Source: Chamberlinius hualienensis
Lineage: Eukaryota
Assembly: GCA_054772095.1 (NCBI GenBank)
Contig: BAAGAE010000033.1
Coordinates: 4,064,326 to 4,128,325, forward strand
Direction: 5' to 3'
Length of the DNA: 64,000 bases
The position numbers and the translations under genes are program-made. The notes below the pieces were generated by a model, which saw only the letters and a list, made by a program, of their open reading frames with translations, did no database searches and was not told the origin of the DNA. Each line of letters opens with the position of its first letter. Positions within the stretch are counted from its first letter, which is position 1. Below are positions 28,901 to 41,691 of this stretch, piece by piece.

Positions 28901-31135
28901 GTTTGAATGGGATTATTATCTAATTTCATATCTTCAATACGGATGGCCCCCTGATGGGTAGAAGGAAAAATGCCAAGGTCGTCTATGTCGTGTGTCGATT
29001 GTATTAAGTTGTTGGATAGGTCAATAGTTTTGAGGGCTTCTAAACTGACCATTAGTCCAAATGGTATAGAGCGAAGATGATTGTTGGAAAGATCAACAAA
29101 ACTCAATCGAGGATGTGGATGTCCACTTCGAAATGAGTTATCCAAAGTAAACGATATTCGGTTGCCACTTAAATCTAATGTTGTTAAATTGCGAAGGTTT
29201 GAAAAGATGTCAAATGGAAGATGGACCAACTGGTTATTTCTTAGAATTAATTCTTCTAACGACGAGTTTAAAATGACCAAATCTTCTTTTTGCAAATTTA
29301 CCAATTTATTATCTGAAATACGCGGATATATTGATTAAGTCTATTATAAAAGTACTGTGTTTGATAAAAAAAATTGAATTACTTGTTAGGTCTAACTTTT
29401 GTAGTCTACTCAAATGTCGAACGGCACTTCCTGGAAACTGATTTATATGATTGTGAGCCAAATTCAGTTCTCGTAAAGATCTTTCTAAGCCTTTAAAAAC
29501 TGCTTCGGGAACTCTGCAAGCAACAATAACAATCTATCATCATTATTATGTGTTTAAAGCCATTGGACCACTGATATAGTGGTTTTTCTATTTTATAGAG
29601 ATAAAGTATAGTAGATGTTACTCTATTTAGTTTCTAACGTTCATTGCTTTGTGTTAAAGAACTTAGTTGTTTGAGCTGCTTTGCTTTTGGGAGGAAGCTT
29701 AATATTGCCAGGTGGATAACTATGTTACTCCCCTACTTCAACCCTAATTTGAGAATTTACTGCAAAAAAACGTGCTGAATCAACAATCGACGGTCTTTAT
29801 GCTATACTTATACAACACTGAAGTTTTAGCTTATCTTATTCTAATTGAAATTGAGATGAAACATATGGTGCTTAATAGGATTGTGTGAAACAAAAATGTA
29901 TGTAAACTAGTAAACAACAATTATTTACGTCTTACGCCATCTCTAAATATAGTTGACATTCTTGGCCGCTAAACTAAAACTTGATAGCATTAAATTTCGA
30001 TTAATTCTTTTTTTTTTTTTTTACCGATTTTGGGTAACCACGAATAACTATCTTGTTTTTGTAGAGTTTACTAATTACTACCGCTAAAAAAAATTTATTA
30101 ATTCACATATCAACAAAATATTTGTTGAAATTTAATTTGATCCGTTATTTGTTTGGTGACAGTAAGTATAGAATCATGAGAGCAGATCATTTATTCAATT
30201 TCTCATATTAGTGTAATCAATTGTAGCCTACGTGTATTGTAAAAATTGTAGCCATTTTTAATTAGATAAATTAGTTTTAGAGTCAAATGTTGATATAATT
30301 TCATAATACGACTTCATTAAATGCATGTTCAATCACTATATTTGAATATAAAAAAAGTTACTCGATTGATTTATTATTACACATAGCATTTGGCTATTTT
30401 TAAAAATTAAGATTTTTATTTTTACGTGTATTTTATCGAATTATTTCAGTCGTTAATAATAATGGAAATTCCGAAATAAAATGGTTTAATAATGCCATAT
30501 TAAATTAAATATTGCGAAGATGCTAAAATAAATTTTCGAGTGCTTTAGACGTAATGTTATCATCAGTTTTAAAAGCGTTAAAACAGCATGATGGAACTCG
30601 AAACGTGCATTAAGAGTTAATGTTGCGCAATTTTTTCAAGTGACTCGCTGCGTTATGGCAGAACTTTAAAGTTAGATCAAGTATGGTTGAAAAATGTTGC
30701 AGTAATCATTGAAATCTTAATTCAAAATGACATCGGTTAACTTTAAGATTATTTTTTAAATAAAAAAATGTTGCCATTAACATGGAATTGTTACCTGGTA
30801 ATTAAATTATAATTAATGGTGAGGTGCCGAATGCCGGTGTTGGCCAATGGTGATTTATTCAGTCCTTCTTCATCATCTCCTAGGCTTATTAAGTTATTAT
30901 GTTCCAATCGGAGGATGTATATTCGGCAATTATTTAAAGTGATGATGGTATCAAAGGCTACTCGTGAACATGTTACTCGGCCAAACTCAGTTGGTCCTGG
31001 ATGTGAACATGTGCAGAGAGGATTTATTGCTGAGCACGGTGGGTCTTCATCCATGTCCTTTTCTTCGTCCACCTTTTCCAACTGTATGGTGAAGGTGGCA
31101 ATTGGTAGGAAGATGAAAATCCACCCACACCGCAT
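25990..31135 (-). CDS. Gene for a large extracellular LRR-only protein, chaoptin-like, with a probable GPI anchor. Three coding exons, approximately 30795-31135 (signal peptide and LRRNT), 29383-29513 and 25990-29312. The protein is about 1260 aa.
   Basis: Exon 1 is MRCGWIFIFLPIATFTIQ (signal peptide), then the Cys-rich N-terminal cap (LRRNT) ...PPCSAINPLCTCS...VTCS, then leucine-rich repeats. Its donor ACCAG|GTAACA joins in phase to exon 2, RVPEAVFKGLERSLRELNLAHNHINQFPGSAVRHLSRLQKLDLT, which starts after ttgcag| and ends at the donor A|GTAATTC. Exon 2 joins after tatttcag| to the 1107-codon exon, which carries more than 35 LxxLxLxxNxL repeats, a C-terminal cap (LRRCT) NPWKCDSCETIGWIENW...C...C, and a terminal ...GQMSTGPSLTTFFISIVLFIINL* (small-residue omega region followed by a hydrophobic tail, pointing to GPI anchoring). 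There is no TIR domain and no cytoplasmic domain. Confidence 0.85.
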
Positions 31136-31139
31136 TTGT

Positions 31140-31660
31140 TGCTGATTATGATGATGATAAGCACTTTTAAGTGAAGTAGGCTTCTCTTAAAGCCCCTTTC
31201 ACTTGCTTTGCAATTGGCTTGCAAATGAGGATAAGCGTGTGCTTTCTCTTCAAACAACTTCCAACTTTGTGATCATCTTGTTTATTGTTATGACACAACT
31301 CAGCTGTGCTGTTTGCTCTCTTCACTCGGTTACTCTATTGAAAAACCAAGTTTTCATTTGACATGTGGTTCAATAGGAGGAGGGAGGTTCACTGGCCTCA
31401 CTCGCTTCTCATTGGTAAAAAGATGAAGACGATTTAAAGCCCTAACCACCCTCACTTATTTCTTTCCCATCATGGCCCCCCACGGACAATCCCCGTTACA
31501 ATTCTATTCAAGCGAAAGAACATTTTTAAATGCGAGGCGGAATAGTAAAGTGGGAGTTGAGGATCGCTTAATGATGACGTCGAAAAGAGTTTTATAAGGT
31601 GTATCGACTTTAACTATCCAATCATAGTTGGCAATAAAAAAAATTGAGAAAAACTAACTT
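31140..31660. promoter_or_regulatory. Probable promoter / 5' flank of the LRR gene.
   Basis: The region lies immediately upstream of the minus-strand ATG at 31135. It contains ccaatcat (a CCAAT box) and tgatgacgtcg (a CRE-like site) and has no coding signal. Confidence 0.25.
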
Positions 31661-33633
31661 GTCTTTTGAAGTGCCGTCGTTAAAACTGTTGTGAAATTAG
31701 GCTCCCAAATAACATTTTACACTTTTTCCAACTTATCCGCAAGAACATTTGCATATTGAATTCCGTTTGAAAAATAAATTGAAGTTGGCAGATCGTTATG
31801 TTAACGCTTTTGGTGGGTCGATTGCGAGCAAGGGTGTTGGTGAATTTGCTTTCTAACGCGCGCTGAAATTGTCTCAAACGATATTAGTACAAACGATAAG
31901 ACTAATAATATTCACGGTGCTGCCGCTGATATTATTTGAATTGGCAAAATCAGTGGCAGCAAAAATTGAACGTTTAATGAGCCGTCTTAGATGGTTTTGG
32001 AGGACTTGATTTTTCAAATAGCGTTCAGAACAATATTTCAAAAAACTTTTACACGAAATATGACGTTTACACACGAATGGTAAATGGTAAATTTATTTTG
32101 TCTTTTTTTTAATTATAAGTTATTAATTTTGTGTAAAATTTGACTTGTCATTGGTAGACTGTTTGAAGTGAGATAATTCATGGAGACTACTTAGTTATTG
32201 AGTTGTCTGGAATAAAGTGATGTTCTACTTTATGCTAAATTATTTATTTGCTGCTATTGTTAGTATGGTCTCTATGGCTAGCATTACTTGGAATATTGGC
32301 TTTTTGTGACAGTATTATTAATTGTAATGAGCTTTATTAATGATAGGGTGTCCATTAGTGTTATTAAATGTGTGCGCATTTAATTAGAGTTTAGACGTAG
32401 GTCGATATATACTGTATCATGTTGGACACAAGCCGCTTTTTATTGTCGGTCTGCATTTTGAATGCCATCTCAAATGTGAAAGTGTTGCCATAAAATGATG
32501 ATGGCCCACTTTTCTTTCACTCCGCAATTGTAAACAATAAAAATCCATAACTGAGCAATGGAAACGGAGAGTAAAGAAAAAATCGATGGCACTTTTCTCT
32601 TTACTCAGCTTAAAAAGTTTCTTTCATCTGAACCCAGTGTGGCTGTCAGGATGATGACGTCACATAAAAGGGCGCTTAAAGTGTGACTTAAAAGTGGATG
32701 AGAAATGAGATTGAAATTTATAGCTGCACTTTGTCGAATTAAACGTTATCGATGAAAAAGCAGGCTAGAAAAAAAACTTTCATAGCGAAGTACTTAAGCA
32801 TGATATTCACAAAGCAATCTACTACTACTTTATCTCCAGCTCTTTCTTCGAATGGTGAACGAGTGTTTAAAATGCTCAACTCATTTGGCTTCGGCACTGC
32901 ATCTCATTCGTTTCAATGACAAAGACACGGAAAAAATAGACTTTTTTCGTTCTAATAAAAAAAAACGGACCGCCTTTTGATATGGGTTGATTAAATAAAA
33001 TGGTGACGGAATGAGGGGTTAGGATAGGGGAAAATATCGGCTTAAAACAACCTACTTTGAATGGGAAATTTGACCGAAATATTATTTTTTTATTTTAATA
33101 GGTTGATACTGTGTTATATGTGACAAATGATGACACTGAAATAGATTTTGTAACCGACTGGGTTAGACATCATAGGGCTATAGTTAATCCTCAACTTCTG
33201 TATATGCATTTGGCTATTTCAGGAGCTCAACCTAAGTAAATTACAAGCAATCATTTAATTTCAAATAGAATTAGAATGTAATGGTAATTGTTTTATAGAG
33301 TTAATACTTCAAATAAACATTCCAATGACTTAAGATTAGTTGGATACACTGATGCTGTCTTTAGGTAACCGATTTTTTAAATTAAATTAAATGTTTAATT
33401 TTATTGTTGTTATTAGTTAAAGTATAGTCACTAAGTAATAATTGTTCATTTTGGTACTTTTCGAGTTGAATGCATTTGTTATATACATACTGTATAATGC
33501 AAAACCATGGTTAATAATCTTCTCGAGAAAATTAATCTACTTATTTTTATTATTATTATTTAGTTGCTCTATACAACGACTAATGGTTTAACTTGTTACA
33601 GTATATTTAGTAGTAGTTAATGTATTTTATTTA

Positions 33634-36600
33634 GATTTATTAGTGAAAAATGCAATACCAGTCGTATGGAATATTTAGATAATTTGGACAAAAAATATGA
33701 GTTGGCACCAGTTCCAGTTCGAGTTTGCGAACCTATTCGTTCATTGACTAGAGATGTTTCTCCTTTTCGGTAAATATCCAAGTTTGTTTTTTTTAATTAC
33801 GAATTAACGATTAAAATTTCAGCTGGCAGACTGTACGAGTGTTTATTTCTTCTACTTTTTTGGATATGCAATCTGAACGTGATCTTTTAATTCGACACGT
33901 TTTTCCGGAGCTTAGACGTAGAGCTAAGGCGCTTTGTTTGGATGTTTTTGAAGTTGATCTTCGATGGGGTCTTAAAGAGTCGGAAGATTATAGGTTATTT
34001 AAAGGTTATTTGTGGTAATCGTATTTTATTTATAATAAAGTTTGCCATCCGTACAGCGTGGCACAACTGTGCTTGGACGAAGTTCTTAAATGTCATATAT
34101 TTTTGGGAGTTCTTGGCGAACGATACGGGACAATACCGGATTGGAGTCAATTGCGACTGAAACAGGAAGCGGTGGAACTCTTGGAAAAATGTTCTGAAGA
34201 AACATCTATTACTGAAATGGAAATTCTTTTTGGTGCTTTAGGAGATTCAAAAAATTGTTCAGAAAATGCTTTCTTTTATTTACGTAATAATGACTTTCTC
34301 AAAAACATTCCTAATGAGTATCGCGAAATGTTTGAGGAAGAAGATGAAGATAAAAAGTCAAGATTAAAGGACTTAAAAACGAAAATTAAAGGAAGTGGAA
34401 TGGAAGTATTCGATGGGCAAGTGCTTATATATACTATTGGTGCGTTGGTTATTTGCTCATTTCTGACTAGAGTAAGTTTGTTTATTTAGTTATCCATGTT
34501 GTTGGGGTGGTGTAACTATGGATGGACGTCCAGCAGTTGGTGGACTGGAACAGTTTGGTCAACGAGTTTTAGAAAATATTTGGAATGCTCTGATAAAAAT
34601 TCGACAGGATAGAACTGAAGTTATTGAAACCGAGTCTGGAGAACAGCGCACTCAAGAAGCATTTGCTTTAAAACAGCACAAAAATTTCGTCGGTTGTGAT
34701 AAAACTGTGCAACTTTCTCTGAAAACAGTTGAGAGTATGAAGCGTGGTGTTGCGTTGCTGATTGGAAAACAAGGAGCTGGAAAAACCGCCTTAATTGTGA
34801 TATTATTGATTTAATTATTAGAAATTGTTTATTCATACATTTATTTGAATTGAAGGCTCATCTGTATAATTTGGTGAAGACACGATGGTCGAAACGATGT
34901 GTTGCAATTCCATTTATTACTGCGGCATCTCCTTCAATATTCACAATGACTAGTATTACAAATTACTTCATGGAAGAATTTAGTCATCTAATTGAAATTG
35001 ATGACACGATCGTTAAGGCCAAGTAAGTTGTTTACTATTTATTTTTAGTTTATTTTAAATATTATTTTAAAAATATTTTTATTTGAATTTATAGGGGCAT
35101 CCAACGATTTTATGAGATTACAAAACAAGTTGTTGAAAAATGTGGAAAATTGATTTTATTTTTAGATGGTTTAGATAGTTTACCAAAGATGGAGCACCAA
35201 AGTGATGCAGTAGATTGGTTAAATGCCGATTGGCCTACGGTAAATACTGTCCATTTATTTAAAGTTAAGAATTTATACAACCAGTTTTCTTTTAGGGTAT
35301 TGTAATCGTTTGCAGTTGTAATTTAAATGGCATATTATGCAAGCGACTAAGATCATCAAACTTTGTTCAGACAATTCTTATCGGTCCTCTTGTTCTAAAA
35401 GATCGGATGCAGGCAACAATATAGTTCCAAACAGCATTTTAAAATATAGTAATATATTAATTTTTTTTTTGCTCTATTGACAGATTATGCGAAATCGCTT
35501 AGCTGATTATGGCAAACATTTAGATGAAACCTTTCTAAATAATCAACTTAGACAACTATCAATGAAACGAGATTCGAATTTGCCTTTGTATCTGTCGTTG
35601 GTTTGTGAAGACTTAAGCAAATTTGGCGATTTTAATCAGGTTCAAATGCTTTAGTAAATTTAAGTTATTTTAAGTAGTCTATTAATTTTTTTTTAAATTT
35701 AGTTAACCAACAAAGTTAACTTAATTAAAGCTACCGTGGAAGGCTTAATCGATGACTCGATCATGAATTTGGAACAACAGTTTGGTGTTGGATTTGTAGA
35801 AGCAGCCTTTGCGTTTATAGTCGTTTCACCAAGTGGTCGGCAATTACATTTATTTACTCTAAAATCAAACATTGATTTTATGTGGTTATTTAGGTTTAAT
35901 TGAAGAAGAATTGTATTCACTAATGGGCTTCATGGATCTTATAAAAAAGCCGCTTATAAGCGACATTTCAACTGTCTGTAGCCATGTAAATGTCCGAATA
36001 CCCGTGGCTAAATTTTTGCAGTTGATTCGCTCCATTCGGTCGTTTACTGAAGCTTCAGCCAGCACCATAAGTTTGTCGACTGCGTCATCAGTATTAACAG
36101 TTGTAAGAGAGCGATATAAGCACAGTATCCTATCACCTAGTATTGAAATGCAATTGCATCGTATTATTGCTGGTCATCTTTGGGTAGAATGTGGCAATGG
36201 TTTTGATTGGTCTGTTGGAAGCTTTAAAACTCTTGCAGCTTTGCCTTATCATTTGATAGGTGGAGGTTGTATAAACGAGCTTGCTAACATGCTGTGCGAC
36301 TTGACATTTATAAAAGCCAGATTTATGTCTGGTAGTGGGAACCAGTTATTAGAAGATTATAAGTATGCCATTGATATTGGATTTAACAGCAGTCGTTGTA
36401 GTAATAGCAGCAGAAAATCTGTTGAAAATTTTGGTGGTTTTGTCAAACGAAATTTAAAAATTTTGAACGCAGAGCCGACACTTGTTGTTCAACAGGCTTT
36501 GAATGATTTAGAATGTTCAGATGTTAAGTCATCTGCCGTTCGTTTGATTGACACCACGCCTGGAGTCATGCTACATGATAATAAGGAGAATGATAAGATG

Positions 36601-39600
36601 AAAATAAAAATGATCATTGACACAAAAGAGGTTGGTAGCATGACTTCGTCGCTATTTTCGTTGCAATTAAATTGTTTGTTTACAGAATTGTTTATGTGTG
36701 GCCTTATCTCATGATGGGGGCTACCTGGCCTTTGGCGAAGGCGCAATAGTCCACTTATACGACTTGTATTCTGAAACAGTAGGTTATTGGGTTTGCTGAG
36801 GAAGTAACGAATTTTATTTAGTAATTTTTTATTTAGAAATTTATGTCATTGGTTGGTCACGCTGCTGTTGTAACATGTTTACTATTTGCTGATAAATCCC
36901 GTTTATGTAGTGGTTCTGCTGATGGCACAGTTGCCATTTGGAACATTGAGGTTGGGCATAGGTCAGTAATTGTTTTAAATTTTTTAACAGTTAATAACAA
37001 TTTGTTTTATTATTAGAGTGTTTGTCTTAAAGAAACATATAAGGCGTGTCAGTAGCCTGTGTTTGGATTCAACTAAGCGTTGTTTAATATCAGCTGGTTG
37101 GGATAGTGCTGTTTATGTATGGCGACTGAGCGATGGAGAATTGATATCTACTGTTGATTGGAAGAGCAAATGGTAATTTCGGTTTTTATTAGACTGTATT
37201 CGATTTGAAATGGTATTTTATTAATTTTATAGGGCTGCTGTAAGTTGTGTTATCTCTCACCCGCATAAACCTATGATACTAACTGGAAGTTGGGATGGAA
37301 AGTTGAGAATATGGTGTCTGCAAACCTTAAAACGAAAATCTGTAATATTTTTTTAATACTTGAAATGTTAAGAAATTTAAACTTTGTGTGTAGTTACTGC
37401 ACGGACATACATCCGGTGTATTGGCAGTATCTATTACTGCGTGTGGCACTCTTATGGCATCGTCCTCAATGGACTTGACGCTGAAAATATGGTCATGCAC
37501 GTATGGTTTTCAATTGGCCTCTATTCCTCTTGATACTGCAATTACTTCCTTAAATTACGAGTTAAATGTAGATGACGATATTGAATATTTGTTTGCTGGG
37601 TGTGGTGATGGCTCTTTGCGGGTATGTTATTTTTATTATTATTTGGATATATGACGACAGTTATTTTGTACAGATGTATTCTTGTAAATTGGGTCAACTT
37701 GTGAGGAACACTAGTGCTTGTCGAAAATCACCTTTGACATGTCTTGCCATTAATGAAAAAAACATTATTGCTGGATATGAAGACGGCTGCGCTCAATTAA
37801 TGATATGCAGGAAAAATTACAGTTGTGAGAACCGTCTGTTAACTACTTTCGGGTCGGTCTCGGTCACTTGTATACATTGTATGATTGCATCTGTTAATGA
37901 TTACCAATTTGAGAATTACATTGTTTTAGGAATGAGCAATGGTGAAATTCACGTAAGCATTACAGAAAGGTTATCGGTATAACAGAAAATTTATAAATAT
38001 AATTTCAGATAGCCGATGGGAATTTATGCGGAATAAAGATATTAACGGGTCGTAGTTCGGCTATCAAAGTAATTGCCACTTCGAATAAATACATTATATC
38101 AGGAGATGCCAATGGTGTAATTGCCATTAACGTTTCACCTTGGAAAAAAAGGTAAATTCTTAATTAATTTTTTATTCATTAAACGTTTTTTTTATTTTGG
38201 TGAATATAGTGATGCAGAGATTCCATGCAATCACATGGCAATTATTCACAACGGATGCATCACTAGCATTAGTTTCAGAAACGATGATAAATGGATAGCT
38301 ACTACCGGTGTTGACGAAGTAGTGATGAATCACTATAGCGCACTATTTTCGTTGAATTCTATATTTGTTTTTATTGGCAGCATTTAAAACTTTGGAAGAT
38401 ATCAGATTTGATGACAAAACTCAATAGTCCACTGTCGAATTTCCCACCAATGACTGATAATTCAGACGTTTTTGTAAAAGCTTGTCATAACGGTCCAATT
38501 ACATCTTCCTGTTGGGTGGAAAATTCCCGGGCAACTGCAAGCAATGAATATTTTGTGGTAAAAACGTTTACATTAACTATTTAATCAGTTACGTTTATGT
38601 TGAAACATTTGAAAGATAACATCTGGAAACGATTTGAAATTATGTGCATGGAATTCCGAAAATGGACAAAATATTTGGGTTAAAACGGACTTTAATGCTT
38701 CAATTTATCAGCTGCGCTCAACGGTATTTGTTAACTGCGCTGTATTTATTTTAAAACTATAGCATAATACTATTGTTTGCTTGTTTAAGAAAAATTCAAT
38801 ATTGGGATTTCTTCTTGATGGTTCAGTTTACGTTTGGGATTGCATGGGCATTGAGATTAGTCGCATCTTTGGTTCTAATGAGGACATTTCTGCGGTTTAT
38901 TTTAATCTGGAGGATGAGAAATGTAATGAATATTTTACGCAGATTTGTAAGTTTTTTACATATTGTTTTCTGCAGCTGACTGGTATCGTGAGGTGGTGGA
39001 AGAAGAACAAAATGAAAAACCCACTAAAACAAAGCCTCTGCAATGTGTTGCAGAGCAATTGAGTAACATCTACATTGCACGTTGTCACGCTAATGGCCAA
39101 ATAAGTGTTGTTAAGCCATGTTTTAGAGTAAGACAATTTATTATGCACTAATACATTATACAATAAAGTTTATTTTTAATTTTAAATACAATTTCAGAAT
39201 AAAGCAAAGACAACCATGCTTTGCCATAGCCAAGCCGTTTTATCAGTTGCTCACGGGGTTGACAAAAAAATTGCAACAAGTTCATTGGACGGTACAGTTC
39301 GGGTATACTATTGCAATGATTTATATGAAAACAAAGTAGATGTACGCTTCAAGAAACATGCATCTAGGATTGCGTGTTTGTCATTTATAAAAATGAACGA
39401 TGGTAGTGTTGCAATTGCTACAGGAGATCGGTAATCAATAAACGCTATTAATGTTGTTCAATGTTTCAACTACCAATGGTGTTTGAACATTTATATTTGC
39501 AGGGCCGGTTATCTAATGGTTTGGATTAAGGACGAAAATAACGAGTGGCGAGCCGTTACAAGAAATAGAACTCATGAAAAATCTGTGAATGCTATTGTTG

Positions 39601-40857
39601 TACTTGGGTCTTATAAATCGACTTGCTACTTGTCAACTTGTTCTGATGACTGTTCCATCAAGTGTTGGGCATTTGGAGCATCTGAAGATGTTACATCTAG
39701 CAAATTTTCTTTAAAGATAAAAGAAGATGTACTATTTCGACCTATATGTATTGAATCGCCCATTAAAGAACCTCATGGACAGTATCAATTGAAACTTAAG
39801 GAAGATCATGACATATGTGAGAATCTTATCTGTGTTGACTACAGCTCTGAGAAGGGTATATTGGTGGCTGGAGTGACTCGTGATACAGTAGAATCATATA
39901 CTGTTGTTTTTAATTTTGGAAAAGCACAACTATTTAATATTTTTTTTCGTGTCGGTTACGAGTAAGCATTGTTAATGCAACTAAATTTTAAAAAAATAAT
40001 TATGAAACATTTATTCTTATTAATTTTAGTGCTAGATTGCCGTCGAGAGCAAACGAAACGAAACCGTGGATTGTCCATGTAAAAATGGTATATGAAGCAA
40101 AAGCTGATTTGTTTTTAACATTTCTAGTGAATTCTTACGGAGAGTTGTGGCTTTCAAAACACTCTTCAGTAAATTATCATAATGTAAGTAATCGTGAATT
40201 TAAGTACTTTCGCAAATAATTGTATGGTACATGCAGCCAGATACTTTTAATTATGGATCAGTTTCCAATATTGGAGAAAAGGACATCGATATTTCTGGTT
40301 GCTCATTGGATATGAATCCGCATTCTATGGACGTTGTTTTAGTGGAATCATCGCATGATTCAGCCACGTTTCATCAATTTATAGGACTGGCCAGTGGCGT
40401 TCTTCTGTCTATTCGTCTCGAAGTTTGTTACAATGACTCTACAGCAGTAAACGTTCTGAATCATGAATCCATTCATGTATTTTATGCGAATATATATATA
40501 GTTATTTTCATATACTAAATAAGAATTGTTAAACTAGCTGCACCGTGGTTGTCTTGCTGCTATTAACTGTCATCAGCGTAATACAGAATATGCGACAGTG
40601 ATGGTATTTACTGGTGGAGATGATGGAATTATACGTCAAAGTCGTTTGAATTTATCTTCAGGAACATTTACAAAAATGGTAAATAGTTTAATACATTTAA
40701 TTTAAAATTATTAAATGATGTTTTAATTCAGGCTAATAAATTTTTCTGTGATGGCGCTGTCACGTGTATTAAAAGTGCTGATAAATCTGAAAAAGAGATA
40801 TTTATTAGCTGTGCAGATGCATTGGGTAATATGTACGCAATTTACTTATCCTGTTAA
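33634..40857 (+). CDS. TEP1: TEP1 orthologue, 3' module: DUF4062, NACHT P-loop NTPase and about 12 WD40 exons. Exons are approximately 33634-33769, 33823-33993, 34057-34443, 34490-34796, 34856-35022, 35095-35239, 35296-35412, 35484-35639, an unresolved junction region at 35702-35890, then ~35893-36630 (start unresolved), 36686-36778, 36837-36961, 37017-37172, 37233-37341, 37394-37630, 37662-37952, 38008-38150, about 38195-38328, about 38383-38561, about 38616-38677, about 38791-38958, about 38979-39127, about 39197-39432, about 39504-39962, about 40034-40187, about 40236-40474 and about 40544-40686, ending 40736-40857 with TAA.
   Basis: The translation ...[82 protein letters not shown]... matches human TEP1 ...[27 protein letters not shown]...IDLRWGVTEEE (DUF4062). 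...[36 protein letters not shown] matches [37 protein letters not shown]. The Walker A motif is [20 protein letters not shown] and the Walker B motif is [14 protein letters not shown]40 exons with ...GH...WD/WS signatures follow (for example [33 protein letters not shown]). The putative internal ATG at 33666 (MEYLDN...) falls inside a region that aligns with internal TEP1 sequence, so I take it to be an internal exon. One intron (35413-35483) would need a GC donor (CAG|GCAACA). Confidence 0.85.
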
Positions 40858-41691
40858 TTCTCGCATTAGTATTGCAAGTTTATTAAAAAGATTTATTCCT
40901 AAATTTTTATTGTTATTATTGCAAATGTTTTGTATGGTATTGTATTTTTACCCCTCTGAGTTGTATAAATGGTATAAACTTGCATCAGTAATAATTATTG
41001 CAATAATAATTTTCATCATTTACATTTTGTTGAAATGCATTCATATTATAAAAGAGTTCGAGTGTTTAAAAATTCTATAAACTAATATTAATTACAATTT
41101 ACATCGCCATTATTAAGTGATAGAAGGGAAACTAAAGTTGATCACAAAGCTATGAATAGGTTAGTTACGATATTTTTGCCTAAATGTATTGTTTTGACAA
41201 AGATATCAGCACAAAAAAATATAAGTAAAAAATAAAATGCCGTTTAATTATGCATTAGTCGGTGATTGAGTGTGGTTATTAATTTATTTTCGAACTGGTT
41301 GATCATCTTAATGACGTAACGTAGATAGTGATGACTCATTGGGTGGATTAACGTCGGTGAGTGCTCCGTTCGATATCGTAGGAGATGAATGCGGTATGTC
41401 ATATATGGAGCGGTTGAAAGTGAGGCGTTATTCAACATGTATTTGATTACCTTGTTAGATGATTGTTTTAATATTGAACCAACTGCAGTTGTGCACCAGG
41501 TCTGAGGTTCTCTTAGCGATAGTAATAAGGTGGTGACAGATGGATTGAACTTGTATATCGCCTAGATTTATAATAAGAACTGCATTTTATAATGTTTTTT
41601 TGATGAGTAAAGACTTGGACGTTAAATTATTTGTCCATCGCTATTAAATCCTATAAATTATATTTGTTGTGCTTGCTAATAAACGTAATCA

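Noticed and set aside
25990-31135. Toll-like receptor / innate immune receptor
   Set aside because: There is no TIR domain and no cytoplasmic region. The C-terminus is a GPI-type hydrophobic tail, so the protein is chaoptin-like.
26183-31145. Plus-strand ORFs at 26183-26410, 27452-27646, 28464-28742, 28586-28906, 29081-29338 and 30816-31145
   Set aside because: All lie antisense to exons of the LRR gene and have no splice context or domain content. Such antisense ORFs are expected opposite a long, relatively stop-poor coding exon.
31855-32000. Short plus-strand ORF (...LILFELAKSVAAKIERLMSRLRWFWRT) as a candidate for the missing TEP1 vWA exon
   Set aside because: It has no acceptor or donor in a usable phase, and similarity to the TEP1 vWA region is too weak to support it.
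34518-34814. An ORF (MDGRPAVGG...) that looks like a separate gene start
   Set aside because: It is internal to a TEP1 exon. The upstream residues YPCCWGGVT are conserved with human TEP1.
33666-40857. An independent NWD1-like gene (DUF4062-NACHT-WD40) starting at the ATG of [10 protein letters not shown]...
   Set aside because: The protein aligns with the C-terminal two-thirds of human TEP1, including ...LAPV...[18 protein letters not shown] and [23 protein letters not shown]. The exon can be entered in phase from an upstream acceptor (tttatttag| at about 33633). A single TEP1 gene is more parsimonious; the alternative is kept as a refutation test.
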